This document shows, in pieces, positions 55,090 to 64,000 of a stretch of DNA of 64,000 nt. Position numbers and translations under genes: made by a program. Position 1 is the first letter of the stretch, and every line of letters begins with the position of its first letter. The stretch covers positions 372,001 to 436,000 of the forward strand of contig CBFFSA010000009.1 in assembly GCA_965644495.1 (NCBI GenBank). The letters are read 5' to 3'. The stretch is from Perkinsela sp. CCAP 1560/9 (taxonomy: Eukaryota; Protista; Euglenozoa: Kinetoplastea). Below the pieces are notes generated by a model. It saw nothing but the letters and a program-made list of their open reading frames with translations, searched no databases and was not told where the DNA came from.

Positions 55090-56604
55090 CTATACCACCT
55101 TGATTCCCTCTTTCGTATTCGGCTCATTAGCACGCTTTACCAAAAAGTCGTACCACTCCTTGGGCGCCTCCTCCATAGGGTGAAACAGCGGCAGGAACAC
55201 CTTCTCGTGCTTCCCGCAGTTTTTACAGTCATACACAAACTGTTTTACCCCATCTTCCGTTTTACTCGCAAGTCGCAGCACATCAGAAGTTACCGTTGTG
55301 GTGTGATACCGACACGACGGACACAACAGACAGTTGGCGTAGTTGTGGTAGTCCCGAGACACCAGTACACCCTTATGTGTACCACAGTTTGGACACTCCC
55401 ACACACGGTACCTCGCACACTCCGAGGCCATCTCCACACGCTGGCCGGAGGTTAACCCTTTCGCCGGATCTGACCCCACCCGCATAAACGTCCCACACTT
55501 CTCACACCGTAAATCGGCAATCTGAAACCCCAACCACACCGTTAGGGCGGAAAAAAACAACGTCGCCCAGAACGTGTGGGTACGCAGCGCCCCAAAATAC
55601 ACCATCTGCTGCGCCACCCGCAGCCTCTCCTTCTGCCGCAGCGTCACCCACCGTGGCTGCCACAGCCCGCGACACTCCGCGGCGTGTCGCCCCACCGCCT
55701 GCACCAGGTGCACCATCCCCAGACTCGGGTCCCCCTCCCGCAGCCGCGGCTGCAACACCTCTCTCACCAACAGGGTCGCGAACGGGCCCCCGAAATACTC
55801 ATCGAGAGCATAGGACGCCACGAGCTGCAGGCTCGCCTCATGGTGGGCCACGAGGCACAGCAGCCGCGGGGGGGCCTCCCCCCCGCTGCCCCACTCGTGG
55901 AACAGGCTCTGGGCGAACACCCGCGGGGGGACGTACCCCACCGTGGGGACGAGCACGAGGGTGAACTCGAGCCCGCAGAGGGAGCGGATCTGGTCCGCGA
56001 GGTGTTCCATCTCGACCCGGTGGGTCGGGTCGAGGAGGCCGACGGTGTCGAGGACACGGTGCCGGCGCGGGGGGGTGAGGAGGCGCCAGGGGGTGGGGGA
56101 GGCGCGGGAGGCGGCGGTCGCGGTGGACTGGGCCCGGGAGAGCGCGTGGAGGATGTCGTGGTGGGGGGAGGCCGGGGGGGTGGGGGGGAGGTGGGGGTTT
56201 GGGGGATGAACCGTGTTGTGGTTGGTGTTGGTGTTGTGGGGTAGAACGTTTTGTTGTCCCGTGTTTAGAAATTGGGGATTGGTATTCTTATTCTTGTTAT
56301 TATTGTCGTTGGTGATGTTGTTGTTGGATGTAATTTTTAAATGTTCTGTATTTTTGTTACTGGCGTTGTCATCTCCCCCGTGGGAAGGGTTTTGGGGGCT
56401 GGGGTGGAGCCTTGACTCGCACTTGGAGTCGAGTAGGGAGGCTCCGGGAAGGAGTGGCTGGGTGGTGTGGAGAGCTCTGCGAGGCGTGTGCAAGAGGGAA
56501 GGGGGGGAGAGGGCGTGATGGGGCGACCAACACCGCGATGGTCGCGGGGGGTAGGGGCGTAGGGGGGAGCGCTTGGTCACAACAGGGAGAGTGATGTGGG
56601 ACAT
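55090..56604 (-). CDS. TPM (TLP18.3/Psb32/MOLO-1)-domain protein with TM helix and four CxxC pairs
   Basis: VLDTVGLLD...LVLVPTVG...FAQSLFHEWG...LLCLVA...LQPRLREGD..LG is TPM-like; followed by a hydrophobic segment and CEKC, CPNC, CPSC, CKNC. Confidence 0.8.
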   Translation of the reverse strand: MSHITLPVVTKRSPLRPYPPRPSRCWSPHHALSPPSLLHTPRRALHTTQPLLPGASLLDSKCESRLHPSPQNPSHGGDDNASNKNTEHLKITSNNNITNDNNNKNKNTNPQFLNTGQQNVLPHNTNTNHNTVHPPNPHLPPTPPASPHHDILHALSRAQSTATAASRASPTPWRLLTPPRRHRVLDTVGLLDPTHRVEMEHLADQIRSLCGLEFTLVLVPTVGYVPPRVFAQSLFHEWGSGGEAPPRLLCLVAHHEASLQLVASYALDEYFGGPFATLLVREVLQPRLREGDPSLGMVHLVQAVGRHAAECRGLWQPRWVTLRQKERLRVAQQMVYFGALRTHTFWATLFFSALTVWLGFQIADLRCEKCGTFMRVGSDPAKGLTSGQRVEMASECARYRVWECPNCGTHKGVLVSRDYHNYANCLLCPSCRYHTTTVTSDVLRLASKTEDGVKQFVYDCKNCGKHEKVFLPLFHPMEEAPKEWYDFLVKRANEPNTKEGIKVV

Positions 56605-56714
56605 GGAAGTAGGTGACGGTCACAAGCAAAAATGAGGAGGAAGATAATTGGGGAGATGAGTAATATTTTAGGGTGTAATTGAACCCGTCTAAAGACTAAA
56701 AAAATAACAAAGTA

Positions 56715-57030
56715 CTGTACCCCCCCGTTTATAATAGCCTCGCTTTTGCCCAAATGAGCCTATAAAGGGGGGAGGGCTTTGGCACAGTAATCGCCCTACA
56801 TTTGGGAGCGAGGAACCATGAATTATTCAATCGCAAAGTGGGCCCCGGCGCTCTGCCAAAGTAAAATCTCCACCACGACCCCGCACCATACCTCGAAGAA
56901 TCATGTCAAAATAACTATCAAAATATTTAAGGCGGTGCAATTAAAATAAAAAAATTCTTCCTCGGTTTGCCAAAAAAAGAACCTATAAAGGCGGGAGCGG
57001 TCGAGGCTATTATAAACAGGGGGGATACAG
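56715..57030. mobile_element. TA-flanked MITE (~28-bp TIR)
   Basis: TA|CTGTACCCCCCCGTTTATAATAGCCTCG ... CGAGGCTATTATAAACAGGGGGGATACAG|TA. Confidence 0.88.
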
Positions 57031-58116
57031 TAATTACTGTCCCACCCCCTACTTACTACAGAGTGCTCTGCCCCCTTATTTAATGTTGAATTTTAGACTT
57101 GGTTTTCTCACCCCAAAAGCATACCCCCCAGTAACAAAGATTTGGTCATTTTGGCTCAAAATCGATTCTATTACTGGGGAGTGTACGTTAGTATTTATTA
57201 TACGTATTATTTGTATTACTGTGCCCCCCCCACTTCTAGTGCCGCGGGGCACCCCCCCAATTATAGTGCCGTTTGAAAAAAAATGTCCGGAAAAAAATGA
57301 CTAATTTTTTTTGACCAAAAAGTGCAGTAAGCATGGTGGAAATTTCTAATATTGAGTGGCTTCGTTAAACGCGGTGGTTGTTTTCAACTTAAAAGTCACT
57401 CATGCTGCGCGCTTAGCGTTGAAAACTACCTCCGCGTTTAGCGAAGCCACTGAAATACGTTTTAGTAGTCGATTTATCAATCACGCATCAATCGCGGTCT
57501 CAAAGGAAGAAAGCGCCAGAGAAGCTTTAACAAAGAGCAAAAAGCAATTTTAAGGAAAGAGCACCTTAAATTGCTCCAAGAAATTATTGGTAAGCATGCA
57601 GTGACGAAGGTATTTGTCTTTTCCGTTATGGAAACATACGGAATACAGCTCGTCATTTCGAAATTTGTTTACGAATTAATATTTCACAATTATTTATTTT
57701 ACACCCCCGCCCAAAAGTATTGTTCACAAAAATGGCCGACACACAAAGTATTGTATTTATTAGTATCGACCATTTTTTTCAGTTTTGACCTGAATTTTAG
57801 TTGTTTTTTTCTAATTTTCAGGAAATCAGTATAATGAGTTCTGATATACGCGGCCACTTGATCTTCATCTCGAGGGAAGCTGAGTGATTTCTCTCCTATT
57901 TTTATGTTTCACTATACGTCTGCACAGATGCGATATGATAATGTCCAACTTTTTGGAGGCCAGTGGCAACTCGTGTAAATCGACAAAAAATTTTGTATTT
58001 ATTAGTATCGACCAAAAAATTTTCTATCTATTCTTCTCGCTTTTTGCCGCGGGGACAACGACTTCCTCGCGTGGGAAGCTGTAAAGCGCCATAGGGAGCA
58101 TGTTCGGATGGTTATG

Positions 58117-58311
58117 TAATCCAGGCTAAAGTGGGCGAGGGAGATACTAAAGGCACCGTTGGAAAACCACCTCGAAACTGCAATGGTATCTCCCGGTTTG
58201 TAGAGCATTCTGATGTGACAAAAGGGTCTTTAACGGTGATACCGTTCCAGTTTCGAGGTGGTTTTCCAAAGGTGCCTTTAGTATCTCCCTCGTCCACTTT
58301 AGCCTGGATTA
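58117..58311. mobile_element. Fold-back MITE with ~75-bp near-perfect TIRs
   Basis: TAATCCAGGCTAAAGTGGGCGAGGGAGATACTAAAGGCACC... has its reverse complement at the other end (...CCACTTTAGCCTGGATTA). Confidence 0.85.
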
Positions 58312-58989
58312 AAAAAAAATATTAATAATTTTGCTACTATGGAGAGAGATCAGATAAAATCGCTTTCTAAAAAGCACAACGTTTCGGAGCAATGTGTTTA
58401 TCAAGTAAAAGAAGGGCCTGAGGAAAGAAGAGCCTCTACGTTCAAGGCACTACTCCCCCCCCTAGTAAATACCTGTTAAGATGCCCATTACGCCCGAGCT
58501 TGGGTCTTCTTTACTTCGAGCTTGTTTATTAAAAAGTCTCACTCAAAAAATATTGTACCCGCGCTTAAGCGACGTCTCTTATTTGGTGCGTTTGGAAACG
58601 TATGCAAGATGGAACTACCCACCTCTCCCTCCTTTCCCAAGAGAGTGTTTACATGCTTACATTACACTTACTGTGACCCCCCCTTTAATATGCACACGTT
58701 TTTGGGGTTTGTGCGTATTAAGAGGGTTGAAACCTATGAGAGGCAAAACCTGGAAAAACCCATATATTGCTCATTGACATGGCGAAAAAAAATACTTTGT
58801 TAAAAATAGTGAACAACATACTTGGTATCCATCGTGCGCTGCAAAACATTTTTTGCGCCACAAAAAATGAACATTTTGAACAAAGTATTTTTGGAAATAA
58901 ACCCTCAGAAAGGGTAGCCAAGGTCATGGCGCACATTTTCCACCCCCGTACTCGGGGACGGGTCCCCCTGGTATCAACAGCCTATCAAT

Positions 58990-59361
58990 GTCAATGGTCG
59001 CCTATCAATGCATGGTCATCCAGAGATAAATCGTCAGGGTGAGTGGAAGATATCTCCAACCAAAGGAGCCGCGAATGCCGCCGTAAATTTCCATGGCGCT
59101 TCCCCAGTGTATTTCCGTCACGTCACCCGCTAGATTGCATGACACACCTTTCCATGCACACGCTGTGACATTGGTACGCCACGTAGGGTGCAGGCCTTCC
59201 ATATTTTCTACCAAACGCGCTAAGTCGTATTCCTGCGGGATTACGGCACCCCGAATTCTGTGAGGAGCTCGTGCAGTGGGATCGGATGACAACGTATGTA
59301 GTAAAAGGAGGCTGCTCTCGCGACGATGAGCTACGTGATCCGCGAGGGTGAGCAGCATCAT
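58990..59361 (-). pseudogene. Truncated LRR family member
   Basis: MMLLTLAD...IPQEYDLARLVEN, WRTNVTACAWKGVSC cap, then a frameshift in the first LRR and truncation by repeat DNA. Confidence 0.8.
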
Positions 59362-59797
59362 GCAAATAGTTCTGTATTCAAGTTGGTGTACGGTAATGTA
59401 CAGTAACGGGATAAGTCTTTGATACAACGTTGTCGAAATCAACTTTATTTGACGTAAATATAAAAATATATAAAATTTATAAAAAAAAATGACGTACCGT
59501 TTGCCAGTGGTTTCCCGGTGGTGGTATATGGGTAGATAGAAAAAAAGTAGAATAGGTGATTGAAGCAATGCACAGTTAGCGAATGAATTTGTCGTGAAGT
59601 GCTTATAAAAAGAGAAAGAAAAGTAGTCTTCTGTCATTCTACAGCGTTAGTTGTCGTTCTACAGCGTGGACTCATAACTTAGTTTTCTATGTACAATATA
59701 TCGCAATAAATTCTTACAGGCGTATTTCGAATGATAAACAGGGGTGTAGAAATGGCAGTTCTCTGACTGAAGAATCGTGAATCGTATAAATTGTTTG

Positions 59798-60520
59798 TTA
59801 TACCGTATATCGTATTTTTGTTTTCGAAATGAAGACTCCATCCCGGACACGGGGTGGAAGATCAGCTTTGCTGAATTCTCCGAACAGTTCTTCGTTGTCT
59901 GACAAATAGAGAATCCTTAGCATTGGGGGCAAATGACTGAGGTCAACGAACCCTGTAAATTTATTGTTATCTAGCCACACATATTCGATTTCCAACGGGA
60001 GTTGACGCAAATCAAGCTCACCAGAAAAATGGTTGTCGCTAATATAAAGTTTCTGAAGTTTTTTTGGCAAATTCGTGAGACAAACCTTACCGGTAAACAT
60101 GTTTTCATCTAAAGATAACCGTATTAAAGGCTCTGGAAGTGCAGAGAAGTTTACACAACCTTCGAAATTATTATTGTCCATTCTCAAAAAGTCAAGTCTC
60201 GGTGGTAAATCACTTACTGATACCTGGCCACAAAGCTTGTTCCCAGAGACGATAAATTTCTCAAGGGATTCCGGGAGATATCTTAACTGCAATGGTCCAG
60301 TCAAGGAAGCGTCAGACCAATCAATTTGTTGAATTTCACTGTGCGCGTTGCAGTGCACGCCATACCACGTACAGGCCGGTTTTTCAGTGCTCCAATCTGC
60401 ACGGGATCCTTCTACGCGTTCAATCAATCTAGCAAGATGAAACTCTTGTGGAAGATTCGCAAAGCTTACTTTCGAAGTGTGCGATATTGCTCGGGTATCA
60501 GAAGCATGAAAGCAATGCAT
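59798..60520 (-). CDS. LRR family protein (6 LRR)
   Basis: MHCFHASD...SKVSFANLPQEFHL leader, WSTEKPACTWYGVHC cap. Confidence 0.9.
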   Translation of the reverse strand: MHCFHASDTRAISHTSKVSFANLPQEFHLARLIERVEGSRADWSTEKPACTWYGVHCNAHSEIQQIDWSDASLTGPLQLRYLPESLEKFIVSGNKLCGQVSVSDLPPRLDFLRMDNNNFEGCVNFSALPEPLIRLSLDENMFTGKVCLTNLPKKLQKLYISDNHFSGELDLRQLPLEIEYVWLDNNKFTGFVDLSHLPPMLRILYLSDNEELFGEFSKADLPPRVRDGVFISKTKIRYTV

Positions 60521-60567
60521 GCCTATAACCAGTATGGCAAAAGAAAGGAATAACTAAATTTAGACTA

Positions 60568-60671
60568 CTCCCCGGGTCAAAAATAAAGGAAAATGAAAAT
60601 CCAGAAAAGGAAAATTCATTTTTCAGTTTAATTTTCATTTTTCATTTTCCTTTATTTTGATCAGGGTGGAG
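60568..60671. mobile_element. Small inverted-repeat element
   Basis: CTCCCCGGGTCAAAAATAAAGGAAAATGAAAA ... TTTTCATTTTCCTTTATTTTGATCAGGGTGGAG. Confidence 0.6.
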
Positions 60672-60860
60672 AAAATATGAAGTATGGCGCTGAAGTTGTG
60701 GAGTGGAGTCATAAAAACGTAATATATTGGGAAAGTTCAAGATGATGTCGGTGTAAAGGGGAGAAGATCTGACAATGTACTACGTAGGAGTGAGCAGATA
60801 AAAAATGATAAAAGCTTTTGGTATAAATGTTTTTTCGCCCAAGTCATTGGAATCACTCCT

Positions 60861-61235
60861 TATCGTTCTATAAATGTTGGTAGTTTATGTATTTCATAGT
60901 TTTTCCTCGACTCATTCGATTTTATGCCGTAGGTATGTCGTTCAATGATTGACATGCACTGACAAAGTATGTAGCATAGAATGATTGTATGCCGTAGCTA
61001 TGTCGTCCACTGATTGACATACATTGACAATGTGTGTATCGTTCTATAAATGTTGGTAGTTTATGTGTTTCATAGTTTTTCCTCGACTCATTCGATTTTA
61101 TGCCGTAGGTATGTCGTTCAATGATTGACATGCACTGACAAAGTATGTAGCATAGAATGATTGTATGCCGTAGCTATGTCGTCCACTGATTGACATACAT
61201 TGACAATGTGTGTAGCATACAATGATTGTATGCTG
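60861..61235. repeat. 176-bp tandem duplication containing ~65-bp subrepeats
   Basis: TATCGTTCTATAAATG at 60861 and 61037; TATGCCGTAGSTATGTCGT subunits occur four times. Confidence 0.9.
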
Positions 61236-61511
61236 AAACATACTTTTCTAATTGGACTGGATTCCAACGTTCATTGCGTCTCTCTGCTTCAGGGGCCGAA
61301 ATTTCTTTATCCCCAGCGATGGTATAGTGTTATTGTTGGCGTCCACTTTCACATCGCTGCCGATTTCGGAGGCACCATAATGCGAGTTAAAGTAAGAAAT
61401 TTTGCAGAATGTGTACTTAAGTGACCGATAAACATGATGAAAGGAAAAAAAAGGAAAATATATATATAATAATATAAGATAATAATATATATATATATAA
61501 TATATAATAAT

Positions 61512-61945
61512 ACGAACAGTTCAGTATTCGTGGTCCCTTGAAGCAGGACAATCTTACTCGCACCATTGAGTGATATGCAGCACTATCAGGCCACCACACT
61601 CAATGGCACCTTGGGCAGTACACTCATCGAGACCTTCGCCCAAAATTTTATACACACATTTTTTTGTTCTACCACTGGAGTATGTACATCGCCTGTGACG
61701 GATCTATTGAAATATCAAATACAGAACAAATACGTTTCTGTTCTAAATGCGTAGCAATGAAAAAAACAGGCATATCTTTCCAAAATGTTCGAACTAAATA
61801 GGGGTATAAAATTTTGGGAGAAGGTCTAGATTAGTGTACTGCCCAAGGTACCATTGAGTGTGGTGGCCTGATAGTGCTGCATATCACTCAATGGTGCGAG
61901 TAAGATTGTCCTGCTTCAAGGGACCACGAATACTGAACTGTTCGT
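61512..61945. mobile_element. Element with ~113-bp near-perfect TIRs, each with an internal hairpin
   Basis: ACGAACAGTTCAGTATTCGTGGTCCC...GGCAGTACACT is mirrored at 61833-61945; no clear TSD. Confidence 0.85.
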
Positions 61946-62659
61946 TGATTTTTCATACGCTAATAATGAAGAATAATGCCACACAATGCCCTTAGCCGCT
62001 CAAAATGAGTGGATTACATGGGGGTCTGAATTCGCCAGAGATGAACGGGGGAGGAGAGCTCGCGTCGCAAGTTGACGAAGATCTTCTCTGTTAATGAGAT
62101 TTACACGATTTTAGAATGTACAGCCCATTAGGCGCACCTCGGAGCCCCAGAACACATACAGAGAACATCCAAAAAGAACAATTGCGAGTCGCGCAACTCG
62201 ATTCACAGGTGTTCTGGAGCTCTAAAGTCAGGTCAAATAGGAATGAGCAAGCATACCACAAGGTTAAGCCATTCCTTGGTCGACAGCATGCGTAGGCGCA
62301 TATAGACATCAATCAAGGCACAAGAAAGAGTTCCGCTAGTATTCATTTGAAGGTACATACTTCGTTTTTATGCATCAGTAAATTGTGTTTTTCGCCTAAA
62401 AAATCTTACCTCGAAATTGCAAAAAAACTGTTCACATGTTCTTCTTTACTTGCATACGATCACACTTTTGTTACAAAGCCGATTGAGTCGGAAGCTCTGT
62501 GGCAACATATACCTAGTACCCACGCATACACTACTCTGATATACTACTTCAATACACACGACACCTGGCCACAGGGAAACACCAACAACAAAAAAGTGTC
62601 AAACATGTGAACAGTTTTTTTGCATACTGTACATGCTTTCCCATCTTACCGACTTCCCC

Positions 62660-62814
62660 TTACCAATCTTTCCTGCTTTCCAGGGAGGGTAAGGTCTCCC
62701 TCTGCTAGGAGGGGCAGACTTTCCCCTGACCATTCGCGCGCTCCGGACCGGGTCTTTCGACCTCTCCCGAGCCTGCATTGGGAACCCTTCCCTTGTTATA
62801 CGGGAGGGCGCAGG
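62660..62814 (-). ncRNA. Putative structured RNA module associated with CRE-like elements (copy B)
   Basis: Begins immediately after the A9 run that follows the CRE-like ORF; homologous to 21197-21380. Confidence 0.45.
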
Positions 62815-63587
62815 TTTTTTTTTAACTGTTTGATATGTTAACCCCCCTAGGCCCACCGGAAGCCTACCCCCCCCTGGTCCTACCCCCTAACCCCGGGGTG
62901 GTACCAGTCCTGTACCGCCGCCTGCACAATCTGGGCATTCCCTCTCTGGATGGCCACCCCGACGGCCATTAAGAGATGGGCGAGACACTCATTCTTCTCC
63001 GATGTGTGGGCCCGGGCCACCTTGTTGGGGAAGGTCAAGATTTCTGGGCCCGGGATCCCGTACGTGGAGAAGGCCAGAGGGTGGAATTCCATGCCCCTCA
63101 CCAGCGACATCCTCATGAGAGCGCCTTTTGTTGGCCTCAGCCATCCTCAGCGTGTGGGATGGCTCCGCGGCCTCCTTCTCCACGTACGACGGGGCCAGTG
63201 GGTTCACAACTGTGACGTCAACCAGGACGATCTTCCGTCCCAGCTGGAAACAGATGTCTGGCCCCCGCCCATTGTCGAACCTCGGTTCGTGGAGGTCCGG
63301 GTTGAACCCATAATGGACCAAGAGGTTCCGAAACGTCCCTTTGACTTCCTTATGGCGGGAGGCCTGAGTTTTCCCCTTCACCTTCTTGCAGTCCAGTGCG
63401 TGTACGCAAAACTCCTCATTGCTGAGGGTTGCACCGCACACGCACTGGAGCTCAGGCTCCGAGGTCGGGGCGACCAGGTACCGGAGGCGGCCCTGCTAAA
63501 TAGGGGGGGAAGGTGGTAGTTGTGGGGTATGGAGGCCTCTCGCAACTCCGGGGCTTCACCGGGAGCAAAGGTGAGCTTCCATAGCAC
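62815..63587 (-). mobile_element. CRE/SLACS-like retrotransposon 3' end (CCHC + RLE + short 3' region + A9)
   Basis: CACGATL...HALDC..K...[48 protein letters not shown]; frameshifted. Confidence 0.88.
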
Positions 63588-63632
63588 CCCGCACCAACTT
63601 TTCGAAAATGTTGAAATCCGTGCCTAAAATTT

Positions 63633-63841
63633 TATGCATGTCAATGTGCTGTTATGCATGTGAATGTGCTATATGCATGTGAACGTGGATTTATGCATGT
63701 GAATGTGCCGCTTAATATGCATGTGAATGTGCATTATGCATGTGAATGTGCTGTTATGCATGTGAATGTGCTATATGCATTTGAATGTGCCGCTTAGTAT
63801 GCATTATAAACGTGCCGTTAATATGCATTATAAATGTGCTA
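63633..63841. repeat. Minisatellite, ~10 units of TATGCATGTGAATGTGC with 2-7 nt linkers
   Basis: Directly visible; period 19-24 bp. Confidence 0.9.
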
Positions 63842-64000
63842 ACGCCATTGTTCTCCATCACATCAGGGGAAACAGACAACTTCTTAATGACGCGACCCAC
63901 CGCAAGAAAAGCGCTCACAAATATGGGGGGTCATGATTGATATACATGCATCAACCATGCTCCTAGACTTAATACCCAAGGGGTTTCGTCCATTTAGGAC

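Noticed and set aside
60861-61235. Link to the Trypanosoma brucei 177-bp minichromosome repeat
   Set aside because: Only the period is similar; I have no evidence of sequence similarity.
62700-62760. HDV-like ribozyme or RNase P/MRP assignment for the CRE-associated RNA (GCGAATGG, GGAAAGTC)
   Set aside because: These short motifs are not conserved in the second copy, and I could not build the required pseudoknots by eye.
63633-63841. CRISPR-like array
   Set aside because: Linkers are only 2-7 nt and are reused; no cas genes; this is a minisatellite.

Overview
Eukaryotic nuclear DNA, most consistent with a kinetoplastid-like protist (Perkinsela-type LRR family; taxon inferred, not proven). 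Every intact cellular gene is intron-less and on the minus strand, as in a polycistronic cluster: ABCA transporter, Got1/Sft2, a Sec14/CRAL-TRIO-like protein, RPB2, SSRP1/POB3, a TPM + zinc-ribbon protein, one large hypothetical protein, and nine members (one truncated) of a short 23-aa-unit LRR family. The intergenic space is filled with decayed mobile DNA: Tc1/IS630-like and Merlin/IS1595-like DDE transposons, several MITEs (mostly TA-flanked), CRE/SLACS-like and HERO-like RLE non-LTR retrotransposons, and a gag remnant. The most unusual observations are (1) recurrent ~1-kb C-rich to G-rich skew-inversion islands in the core genes, (2) a HERO-like retroelement with three Mer3/HFM1-type zinc fingers, (3) a diversified LRR family with a shared leader motif and CaaX tails on some members, (4) a covarying structured-RNA module behind two CRE-like copies, and (5) substitutions in the near-invariant RPB2 HNQSPR motif. 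All calls come from reading motifs by eye; no searches were run.
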